Shown in pieces: positions 53,016 to 63,165 of a stretch of 64,000 nt of DNA. Source of the DNA: an uncultured Acidobacteriota bacterium (GTDB lineage Bacteria > Acidobacteriota > Vicinamibacteria > Fen-336); contig CAVUFF010000005.1 of NCBI GenBank assembly GCA_963740655.1, forward strand, positions 41,282 through 105,281. The letters are read 5' to 3'. The stretch's first letter is position 1. Each line of letters begins with the position of its first letter. Under the pieces are notes generated by a model. That model made no database searches and had not been told where the DNA came from. It saw only the letters and a list, made by a program, of their open reading frames with translations. A program made the translations under genes and the position numbers.

Positions 53016-55086
53016 TCAGCGCAGGTACCAGGCGAAGGGCGCGGGGTCCAGGAACGGCGTCCAGTAGCGCCAGCGCGTCCGAGGCGAGGATGGCCCGGTC
53101 GGCCCAGTGGGCGGCGGGCCAGAGCACCAGGACTATCGCGCCCACCGCCAGGGTGCGCCCCCAGCGCGCGAGCGCCGCCCTGTAGAAGCGCGCGCTCGAG
53201 AAGGGCGGGTACCGCCGTCACCAGCAGCGCGGCCGAGCAGGGAGCGACGTGGCGCATCCCGTCCGAGAAGAAGACGAGGAAGAGAGGCAGGTTGAAGAAG
53301 AGCGGCCAGCCAAGGAAGAGCGTCCGGCGGGCATCGTGCGGAAGCAGCATGCGAGAGCGCGACCATGCCCATCAGCGCCCAGACCGCGGGGCCGCGCAGC
53401 CTCTCGTAGACGACGTGGGGAAAGCTCAGCACGCCGTTGAAGACGTTGACGTCGAAGAAGTCCAGGAGGCTTGTGGAGCACGAGGTGGGCTCACGTAGAC
53501 CGGGTAGGTCGAGGACGAAGCGCGCCACCTCGCGCAGCGCGCGATCGGACGCGCGCTTCGAGGTCGCGGGGACGCCGACCTTTCGGACCCACTCGAAGTA
53601 GCTCGGCGTCGGCGGTCTGCCAGCGGAACTGGCTCGGCACCTGCCAGAGGCCGATCCAGGCATTGTCCCCGACGGTGTTGGTCGTCATCGAGAACTCGCC
53701 AGTGTAGCGGCCCTTGTAGACCCCCCACGAGGTCCCGATCGCAACGTAGAGTGCGGCCGGAAGCAGTGCGTAGCGCGACGCGCGCCAGTACAGGATCAAC
53801 GACAGCGCCGCCCAGCCGACGACGCCGTCGGGCCGCATCAGGAACCAGAGCGCGAACGCCAGGTGCACGAGCAGGTGGTAGCCGAAGGGCGGCCAACCGA
53901 CGCTGCGCTCGCGCTCGAGGTAGAGGCACAGCGCCGCTGCAGTCAGCAGGTAGACGGCGACCATGATCGAGTCGGCCTGGGTATTGGCGAGCTGGTTGGG
54001 CATGAACGCGACGAGCGCGGCGGCGGCGGCGACCGCGGCCCGGTCTCATGACGCGGAGCGCCGCGGCCGCGAAGGCCGCGTTGGCGGCGGCCAGCAGCAG
54101 CACGTGGAGCCGGATCGAGACGAGGCCGATCGCGAAGAGGTCGGTCGTGCAGCCGGACAGGATGCCCGCGAGCGCGCCGAAGAAGCCGTAGCCGGGCATG
54201 CGCTCCCACGGGACCCAGCCCGGGCCGAACGTGAGCCCCTGGCCGGCGAGCAGCCGCGAACCGAGGTACATGCCGTAGTTGAGGTTGGCGCCGACTCCCT
54301 CCTGGAGCGGCCCTGAGGCCAAGAGCACGCGCAGGTCGCGGGCGTGATACCAGTAGGGGTTGTGCTCGGCGTAGAGCGCGAGGCACGCCGCGGCCAGCGT
54401 CAGGCAGAAGACGAACGCGGGCAGGATCCGAGCGGGCGTGGCCCTGGCGCAGGCCGAATGCCGCGGCGACGCCGAGCGCCGCGAGCCAGAGGCAGGCCCG
54501 CGGCAGCAGGCCGTAATAGAGCCGGCGGTCCGGCAGCGAGCGCAGGAAGCCGCGCGCGTCGGTCGCGAGTCCCGACGCGGACGCGAAGAGGCCAACCTCC
54601 TCGACGCGCAGGAGCTCGCTCGCGTCCCCTTCGCGCACGAGCCGGACTCGCAGCCGTCCGCCGCTCTGGCCCCGGCGGGAGCTCGACGACGCGCCGGCGC
54701 GCGCCGCCGCCGCCGCTCTCGCGAGTCTCGACGTCCTGCCAGGTCGATGCGTCCGGGGAGCGTGCGACGGCGACCGCGAGCGCGTCGGCGCTGGCTCCGA
54801 GCAGCAGCGCCCGCGGCGGGGAAGCGGACGGCGGCAAATCGAACTCGAGCTCGAGCGCGTTCGCTCCTGGCGCCGTTGCTTCCACCCAGAAGCGGCCCGG
54901 GCCGAGCGTCAGCAGCTTCACCTGGCAGCTCGACGGGGGCAGCGCCTCGCAGCGCGCGGCGGCAAGACGGCCGACGCCCGCGGGCGTCGAGTCGAACAGC
55001 CGCGGCCAGACCACGGCGCCCAAGGCTGCTGCGGCGAGCGCAGCGAGCGCGAGCACGGTCGGAGCCGCGCGCTCGACGCCCGTCAA
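53016..55086 (-). CDS. GT-C-like membrane protein with an N-terminal extracytoplasmic domain; multiple frameshifts
   Basis: TTG overlaps the upstream stop; TM anchor, soluble beta-rich region, then ERMPGY, MRPD and many TMs. Confidence 0.55.
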
Positions 55087-57109
55087 ACGCCCTCCGCGGG
55101 CGCGATGCGTACCACGAGAGGCGGGCTCGAGCGGGCCGTCGCGTCGCCAGAGCAGGCGAACGATCGGGAGGGCTATGCCGTAGCTCGGCGAGACGCGGCC
55201 CGTCCCGATCTCGAGCGACCACGCCGCGACCGGCTGCCAGTCCAGGCGGAAGCGACGCGAGCCGCAGCGCAGCTCGACGACGCCGGGTTCGCTCTGCCTG
55301 GCCTCGACCCCGGTCGCGAGGTGCAGCGGGATCTCGATGCGGTGGCGGCCCGCGCCCTCGAAGGCGTCGCGGACCTCGAGCGCGTGCCGGGCGTGATCGA
55401 GCTTGATCGTGCGGACGGGGGCGACCGGCGATGGAGGCGGTGCGTAGCCCGGGTGGGCGCCCTCGAAGACGTCTCGATCGGAGCCGGTCTCGAACCGGCG
55501 CGGATCGGGCCGGGCGTCGTAGTGCAACAGCCAGAGCAGCTTCGGATCGATCCGGTTGATCTCCGCGCCGTCGACCAGCGGAGTGTTGTGGTACGCGGTC
55601 GAGCGAAAGTGGTTGCGCTCCGCGAACGACGCCGTGTATACGAACAAGCCGCAGTCGGTGACGAGCTGCACGCCGTCGAGCGCGGCCTCGAACGCCAGGC
55701 AGTCGTTGTGGCCGTGGCCGCCGCGGCCGGCGAGGCCGACGGGTCCGCAGTCGACGAAGACGTGGTCGACCGCGTTGCGCATCACGTAGAAGCCGCCGTC
55801 CCGGAAGGCGCGCGAGCCGGGCGGACGCGGCGGCCGCTCGCACTCGGGCAAGCTCGGCCGCCGCGGGGCCGAGCAGCCAGAACGCCTCGCTGCGGCTGCC
55901 CGCCGACGACTCGCGGAGCTCCGCAACGTCGAAGGCGGCGCCGACCAGGCCGGCCAGGTAGCGGTGGTCGTCGAGCGGCTGGCCGCCGAGCGGCAGCGCT
56001 CGCGCGTCGTCCGCGTCGCCCCAATAGGGCGCGCCGCCGTCCTGCCGCGAGTAGGCCGCCGCGAAGGCGGCCATCGCGACCAGGCGCTCGCGATAGGCCG
56101 CGGGCACGTCGAGTGCGAGCGCCCGGCGGTAGAGCGCCGGCAGCAGGAAGAGCTCGGCGACCAGGCGGTGGTAGGCGACCGACGCCTCGAAGTCGACGCC
56201 GTCAGGGAAGACCTGGCGCGGAAGCTCGTCGCACAGCAGCGACCAGCCCCGCAAGAGCCAGCGGTCGGCCCGGGGCGGCGGCCGGAAGAAGAGCCCGGCA
56301 AACATCAGCCCGGCGGCATCGGCCGTGCAGTGATTGCCGTTCACGTCCGAGTACTCGAGATGGCGCTCGGTGAAGTCGCCGTGCAGGTAGAGCGCGCACA
56401 GGAAGCGCTCGCGAAAGCCGGCGTCCGCCCACGCGCGGCTGGCGTGGAAGACGCGGAAGAGCCAGGTCCAGCTCAGGATGCGCAGCGCGGCCTCCATCGT
56501 GCAGGACCAGTTGACGGTGCCCGCGTACGGGTTGGCGGCGATCCAGCTCTCGAGCACGTCGCGCACAGCCTCGGCGTAGCGCTCGTCGCCGTCGAGGAGG
56601 TAGGCCTGTCCCGCCGGCATCAGCCACTGCAGCCGCGAGAGCTCCCACGGGACCTTCACGTCGCTGTGGTCGCGCGGGTTCACGTACGCGATGGCGTGGG
56701 ACGGTCCGGGCGGCCAGCGCACGCCGGACTTGAAGTCGCGCAGCCAGTCGATGCGAGGTCCGAGATCCACGAGGTCGGAGCCGAGCAGCCGGACGCGGTG
56801 GGCGAGGGCGTCCTCGGCGGCGCGCCGGATCCGCTCGTCGTCGCCGGGGCAGAGGCGCGTGTAGGCCGCCGGGTCGACGCCGCTCGGTGTGCGCCGGGTA
56901 CGGAGCCGCGCCAGCCGCTGCCACAGCGCGTCGAGGTCGCGCTCGCCGCACTCCCGCAGCAGGCTGCTGCCGTCGAAGCGGCGCGCGCGCCAGGGGCCGA
57001 GGTGGCCGTCCACGCGGGCCCGCGCCTCCTGGACGAGGCGGCCCACGACGACTCTGGGCGGCTTGCGCAGCGCACGTCCCACGAGACGCACGAGGTCGGG
57101 CGCCGGCAT
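55083..57109 (-). CDS. Heparinase II/III-family (polysaccharide lyase-like) protein; frameshifts near 56880, 55860 and 55110
   Basis: DVKVPWELSRLQW, NWSCTMEAALR, NGNH, DGVDFEASVAYHRL, GDADD, GHGHND, FRSTAYHNT. Confidence 0.88.
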
Positions 57110-57174
57110 CCGCGCATGATAACGCGCGCTCGTAGTAGGCTCGTGCGCAAGATGCGGCGCCCCGCTTCCTCGGG

Positions 57175-58550
57175 ATGACGGCAGGGCGAGTCTCAGCCGG
57201 CTCGAAGCCCTGATCGCGTGGCTCGGCTCCGGTCGGCTGCTCGTCGCCGCCGCGATCGTGCTGGTCCTGCTGTGGGCCAACACCCGGATCCTGACAGTCC
57301 GTGTCTATCAGCAGCCAGCCAAGCCAACCGTCCCGTCCGCCTATTACATCTTCCACGGGATCGCAGTGGCGCTGGAGGAGGCCAGGATCGGCCAGCTCGA
57401 TCTTGCGCTCTACCGCGAGTACACGTCTCGCGGCGACGTCTTCGCCGAGTACCCCGGCCGCTCGAGCGGAACGCCGCAGCTTGTGGACTACTACGCCCTC
57501 GACGTCGGCTACGGCTTTGTGGTCGAGCTCGGACGCCTGCTGTTCCCGGTCCTACCGGACGACTACCTGCGGGTCCTGGCGCTCCAGCTCGCGTTCGACT
57601 TCTTGAGCATCGCAGCGGTCTGGTTCCTGTTCTCCCGCTGGTGCGCGCCGCTGGGCCTCGTGGCCGCCTGCGCCTACGTGGCGAACGCGGTCTTCGTACG
57701 CCTCGTCAGCGTGCCGCTCTACTACTACTGGGATGTTCCGATCGGCTTCGCCGTCCTCGGCGGCCTGCTGATGGCGCTCGAGGATGACCGGCGGGCCAGC
57801 GAGCCGGCTCTCAGAGCCGGCGCCGTGCTCGGCCTCGCGGTCTGGGTCAGGGCTTCCTGGTGGCCCCTGAGCGCCGTGTTCTTCCTGACCTGCGCCGCGT
57901 CGCGCGAACTCCGCCGGAAGCTGGTGCCGGCTCTTGCGATCTTCGTGTTCCTCGCGGCCCCGCAGGTGGCCCGGTCCTCGCTGGCGCGGGGCACGCTAAC
58001 CCTGTCTACGCGCGCCACCTGGCATGTCGCGCTCGTCGGCCTCGGTTACTACCCGAACCGCTACGGGTTTGAGCTGAGCGACGAGTCCGTGTTCCGTCGG
58101 ATCCATGACAAGTACGGCGTCGTGATCCGGACCGAGGACTACGGCTCGCATGACGAGGCCGCGCGGCGCGAGTACCTCGAGGTCCTGCGAGGGGATCCCG
58201 GTTTTGTGGCGCGTTTCGTTCTTCGGCCGCCTCCGCGAATCGGTTCTGGGTACGACAGTCACGAGCGCTCGGGCCTACCCGGGAGTGCCGAACCCGCTCT
58301 ATCGACTGCTGTGCGTGCTGGGCTCATCGCAATGCATCGGCGGGGGGGCGCCCGGCGAACGGTAGGCTGGGCCGCGGCGGCGCTCTTCGCGACGTATGTC
58401 GGCCTGACCAGCCTCTTCTACTTCGTGGGGCTCGCCTATGATAACGTCTCCGAAGTTTCGCTCCTTGTCCTCCTGATGGGCCTGCTGGAGGCAGCTGGGT
58501 GCGCTCTGACGCGCGCACGCGGTGAGTTCGGAGGACCGACGCCGTCATGA
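57175..58550 (+). CDS. Polytopic membrane protein, GT-C-like; probable indels near 57190, 58215 and 58320
   Basis: LDVGYG loop, TMs, WHVALVGLGYYPNRYG. ATG 57175 is out of frame with ORF 57258..58550. Confidence 0.55.
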
Positions 58551-60089
58551 AGAGCCCTGGCGGAGCCGAACGTCCCCGCCTCCTGATCCTGGTCGTCGCG
58601 TACAACGCCGAGCGCACCATAGCCTCGGTCTTGACGCGCGTGACCGCCGGCATCGGCGGCGGACTACGAGGTCGAGGTCCTGGTCGTCGACGACGCGTCC
58701 GGCGACGAGACCTTCGAGCCGGCCGAGGCGCCTCTCGAGCGCGGCCAGCTCCCGTTCCCGCTCCACGTGCTTTTCAACCCCGTGAACCAGGGGTACGGCG
58801 GGAACCAGAAGATCGGCTACCATTACGCCCTCGAGCGCGGCTTCGACTTCGTCGCGCTCGTCCACGGCGACGGGCAGTACGCGCCCGAGAAGCTCCCCGA
58901 GCTCGTGCGGCCCTTGCGCGACGGCGAGGCGGATGCCGTCTTCGGCTCGCGGATGATGGAGCGGGGCGCGGCGCTGCGGGGCGGCATGCCGCTCTACAAG
59001 TTCGTCGGGAAACAGATCCTCACCACGTTCCAGAACTGGATGCTTCGCACTCGCTGACGCGAGTTTCACTCCGGCTACCGGGTGTATTCGGTCGCGGCCC
59101 TGCAAGCGCATGCCGTTCGCGCAGAACACCGAACGATTTCCACTTCGACACCGAGATCATCATCCAGCTCCTGCGCGCGGGCTGCGCATCCTCGAGCTGC
59201 CGATCCCGACCTACTACGGCGACGAGATCTGCCACGTGAACGGCATCGAGTACGCCTTCCAGCGTGACGCGATCGGTCCTGAAACGCGGGCCCAGGGGCT
59301 CGGGCTGCTCTACGACCGGCGCTTCGAATCTCCGAGCCGGCGCCGCGGTAACGCGCACTACGGGCTGAAGACCGGATACGCGAGCCCGCACACGCTCGCG
59401 GTCGACCGCGTCCCCGCCGGTAGCGCGGGTGCTGGACCTCGGCTGCGCCGGCGGCGGAGTGGCCGAGCTGCTCGCGAACGGCAGCAAGGGCTGCCGCGTG
59501 ACCGCCGTCGACCGCGCAAGCCGTCGCCGCGGAGTCGCGATCGACGGAGTTCGCGAGCACGACCTGAACGAGGGCCCGCCCGGCTGGACGAGCGGGCGCT
59601 ACGACTACGTGCTGATGCTCGACGTGATCGAGCACTTGAGATCCCCGAGGAGTTCGTCGAGCAGCTGCGCGAGGCGCTCGACGATGACGCCGGCGTGAAG
59701 CTGATGGCGAGCACCGCCAACGTCGGCTTCTTCGTGAACCGCGCTGATGCTCCTGTTCGGCCAGTTCAACTACGGCAAGCGCGGCATCCTGGATCTGACG
59801 CACACGCGCCTGTTCACGTTCCAGTCGTTCCGGCGCCTGTTCGAGCAGGCGGATTCCGAGTGGTCGAGACAGAAGGGCGTGCCGGGGCCGTTTCCGCTCG
59901 CGCTCGGCGACAACTGGCTGAGCCGCGCGCTGGTCCGCCATCAACGCATGGCTGATCCGCGTCGCCAAGGGACTCTTCTCGTACCAGATTTTCTTCACGG
60001 TGGAGCCGCTGCCGTCGCTCGACTACCTGCTCACCCAGGCGGTCGAGCAGTCGGCGCGCCGGGCGGAGACCGAGGACGCGCTCGCCTAG
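58547..60089 (+). CDS. Bifunctional GT2 (polyprenol-phosphate glycosyltransferase-like) / class I SAM methyltransferase; many frameshifts
   Basis: VVAYNAE, VDDAS, NQGYGGNQK, HGDGQY, EFHSGYR, FHFDTEII, PIPTYYGDEI, then VLDLGC, LDVIEHL, YGKRGILDLTH. Confidence 0.85.
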
Positions 60090-60140
60090 CGGCGCGAGCC
60101 ACCCCGACGCGCCTTACGCATTGCCGCTATAGTTGCGGGC

Positions 60141-61065
60141 ATGTCTGTTTTCGTGCACGCGCAAGGCCTCTGCGAGAGCCCGCACGTGGGGGAAGGGACC
60201 CGCGTCTGGGCCTTCGCGCACGTGCTGCCGGGGGCTCGCATCGGCCGCGACTGCAACATCTGCGACCACGTGTTCGTGGAGAACGACGTCGTGCTCGGCG
60301 ACCGCGTGACGGTGAAGTGCGGCGTGCAGCTGTGGGACGGGCTGCGCGTTGGCGACGACGTCTTCATCGGACCCAACGCCACCTTCACCAACGACCCGAG
60401 CCCGCGCAGCAAGCAGCACCGGCCGCCGCTCGTGACCACGATCGCGAACGGCGCGGGCATCGGGGCGAATGCCACGATCCTGCCGGGGATGACGATCGGT
60501 ACGCGCGCCATGGTCGGCGCGGGCGCCGTGGTCACGCACCCCGTGCCGGCGCGCGCCGTGGTCATGGGCAACCCGGCAAGGATCGTCGGCTACGTGGACA
60601 CGCAGGCGCACCCGAAGACCGAGCCGGCCGAGGCGTCGAAGCGCGAGCTGCCGGGAGGGGCGCGGCTCGTGCCGCTCGGGTCGTTCGTGGACCTGCGCGG
60701 GACGCTGTCGGTGGCCGAGATCCAGGGGCACGTGCCCTTCGTGCCGAGCCGACTGTTCTTCGTGGCCGAGGTGCCGGGCAAAGAGGTGCGCGGGGAGCAC
60801 GCGCACCGGAGGTGCCAGCAGTTCCTGGTCTGCGTGCGCGGATCCCTCTCGGTGATCGTGGACGACGGACGCACGCGGCACGAAGTCGTCCTCGACAGCC
60901 CGGCACTGGGGCTCGTCCTGCCGCCGCTCATCTGGTCGGTCCAGTACCGCTTCTCCGAGGACGCGACGCTCGCGGTGCTGGCCTCCGATCCCTACGACGC
61001 GGCCGACTACATCCGGGACTACGACGAGTTCCTGGCGCTGCGGGGCCTCTTCCGCCCGCTCCTAG
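60141..61065 (+). CDS. wxcM: WxcM-like bifunctional N-acetyltransferase (hexapeptide repeat) / FdtA-like 3,4-ketoisomerase; in-frame stop missing
   Basis: WAFAHVLPGARIGRDCNICD LbH domain, DLRGTL, RGEHAHRRC, YIRDYDEFL. The track ORF reads through antisense to 62462; a TAG at 61063-65 is one base out of frame. Confidence 0.85.
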
Positions 61066-62093
61066 CCGGCCTTCGTCCCCTCGACCAGGATCAGGCCGCC
61101 GTTGTCGCGCAGCAACGGTATCGCTCGGGCGACCTGGTCCGTCGCGCGGATCAGGCCTCCCGCGAGGCGCGGCGACAACAGGTTGAGCAGGTGCGGCGGC
61201 AGGAACACGGACGTGCGCGTCGCCAGCGACATCCGCGTGCCGGCGAAGCACTCGCCGAAGCTCCGCGCCGAGAAGAGCGCTTCGGGTCCGGCTTCCTCGT
61301 ACCACTGCGGCCGGATCTTCTGCAGCAGCTCGAACATCCCGCGGAACACGCTGGTGCTGTTCTCGGAGCCCAGGTAGCGCCCGCCGGGCCGCAGAACGCG
61401 GTCGATCTCGCGGCACACGAGCGGCGGGTCGGGCACGTGATGCAGCACCCCGTACGCCATTACGCAGTCGAGGCTCGCGGACCGCACCGGGAAGCGCATG
61501 GCGTCGGCGGTGAAGAAGAGCGCGCGTGCCTTCGCTCCCGACCGGCGCAGCCGCTCGGCCGCCAGCCTCACCATCGCCTTCGAGACGTCGAACGCCAGGA
61601 TGTCGATGTCGAGGTCGACGAGCTTCAGCGTCGCGCGCCCCGGCCCGCAGCCGACGTCGAGCAGCCGGCTGCCGGGCCGGATCAGGCCGCGCCAGCGCGA
61701 GAAGGCCATCTCGTCGGCCGCGACCCAGAAGGGCAGCCGCTCGTACTCGTCGTAGCTCTGCTTCTCGTTGTCCGAGTACCAGTCGAAGTGGCGCTGCTGC
61801 GCCCGCTGCAGCTCCGCGGCCTCGCCCGTGGCGGGCGCGTCCGGAGCGAGGCCGAGCTTCGCGAGCGCGGACTCGTGGGACGCCCAGAAGCGGGCGCGAT
61901 CGTCGGCGTAGGCGAGCTCGCCCGTCAGGAGATCGGGGATGCCGTCCTCGACCGGGAACCACGCCCGGCACGCCGCGCACACGATGACGCCCTCGACGAC
62001 GGCATTCGGCTCGCCGCCGAAAACGTGCAGCGCGAGCTTCTCGTGGCCGTCCCGCGGGCAGGCGAGCGTTTCGAGGACGTCCTCGCGGAGCAT
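61062..62093 (-). CDS. Class I SAM methyltransferase with N-terminal Trm112-like zinc-binding domain
   Basis: LACPRDG...CAACRAWFPVEDGIPDLL (Trm112 pattern); LLDVGCGPG; YGVLHH; LRPGG. Confidence 0.85.
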   Translation of the reverse strand: MLREDVLETLACPRDGHEKLALHVFGGEPNAVVEGVIVCAACRAWFPVEDGIPDLLTGELAYADDRARFWASHESALAKLGLAPDAPATGEAAELQRAQQRHFDWYSDNEKQSYDEYERLPFWVAADEMAFSRWRGLIRPGSRLLDVGCGPGRATLKLVDLDIDILAFDVSKAMVRLAAERLRRSGAKARALFFTADAMRFPVRSASLDCVMAYGVLHHVPDPPLVCREIDRVLRPGGRYLGSENSTSVFRGMFELLQKIRPQWYEEAGPEALFSARSFGECFAGTRMSLATRTSVFLPPHLLNLLSPRLAGGLIRATDQVARAIPLLRDNGGLILVEGTKAG

Positions 62094-62191
62094 GAAGCCG
62101 CGATTCTCGTGCCGCGTGCCCGGTTTGACAAGCATCGTGTCCCGCCCTTACGGTCCGGGCGTGAGCCCCGCCGGCCCGCCTGCCGCGAGCG

Positions 62192-63163
62192 ATGCCGCTC
62201 GTTAGCGTCGTGGTTCCCGTGTTCGGCAACGCCGCCGACCTGCGGGCGTTGCACGCGCGGCTCGGCGCGGCGGCGCGAGCCGTCGAGGCCTTCGAGTGCG
62301 AGTTCGTCTTCGTCGACGACGGCTCGACCGATACGTCCTTCGAGGTGCTCGCGGCGCTCGCGGCCGAGGACGCGCGCGTCCGCGTGCTGGGGCTGTCGCG
62401 CAACTTCGGCTCGAACGCCGCGATTCTCGCGGGCCTCCAGCAGGCAAGAGGCGACGCCGTGATGACGCTCGCCGCCGACCTCCAGGATCCGCCCGAGCTC
62501 CTGGGTCCGCTCGTCTCCGCCTGGCGCCGCGGCGCCGAGGTCGTGCTGGCGGTCCGGCGCAAGCGCGAGGACCCGCTTCTGAGCCGCGTGCTCGCGTCCG
62601 CGTTCAATGGCCTCTTCCGCCTGCTGGTGTTTCGCCAGTTCCCGAAGGGCGGCTTCGACCTCGTGCTGCTCGACCGCGTCGTTGTCGACACGATCCTCAC
62701 CATGCCGGAGAAGAACTCCTACCTCTTCGGCCAGGTGCTGTGGGTGGGCTTCCGCCGCGCCACGGTGCTGTACGACCGCGCCGCCCGCCAGAGCGGTCGT
62801 TCGGCGTGGACGCTTTGGCGCAAGGTGAAGTACTTCATCGACGCCTTCACCGCGTTCTCGTACCTCCCGGTGCGCGCCGCCTCGCTGCTCGGCCTGCTGC
62901 TCGCGGCGCTCGGCTTTGCCTACGCAGCCTTCGTCGTCGTGCTGCGGCTCCGCGGAGACATCGTGGAGCCGCGCGGCTTCTCGGCGCTGCTCGTGACGAT
63001 CCTGGTGACGGCGGGCGCGCAGCTCGTGGTGGCCGGGCTGACCGGCGAGTACCTCTGGCGCGTGCTCGAGGAGGTCCGCCCGCGGCCGCCATACGTGGTC
63101 GCACGGCGCGTGAACGCGCCTGCACCAGAGGCGGAGCGGCGGGGCGCACGGAGCGAGGCCTGA
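62192..63163 (+). CDS. GT2 polyprenol-phosphate glycosyltransferase (GtrB/ArnC-like)
   Basis: VVPVFGN, VDDGSTD, LSRNFG, ADLQDPPE, two C-terminal TMs, GEYLWR. Confidence 0.92.
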   Translation: MPLVSVVVPVFGNAADLRALHARLGAAARAVEAFECEFVFVDDGSTDTSFEVLAALAAEDARVRVLGLSRNFGSNAAILAGLQQARGDAVMTLAADLQDPPELLGPLVSAWRRGAEVVLAVRRKREDPLLSRVLASAFNGLFRLLVFRQFPKGGFDLVLLDRVVVDTILTMPEKNSYLFGQVLWVGFRRATVLYDRAARQSGRSAWTLWRKVKYFIDAFTAFSYLPVRAASLLGLLLAALGFAYAAFVVVLRLRGDIVEPRGFSALLVTILVTAGAQLVVAGLTGEYLWRVLEEVRPRPPYVVARRVNAPAPEAERRGARSEA

Positions 63164-63165
63164 TC

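Noticed and set aside
53426-57283. 1285-aa ORF resembling a giant fusion protein
   Set aside because: A mosaic: frameshifts move the heparinase-like gene and the downstream membrane gene in and out of this frame.
60141-62462. 773-aa WxcM fusion
   Set aside because: Everything after about residue 300 is antisense to the methyltransferase gene; explained by the missing stop.
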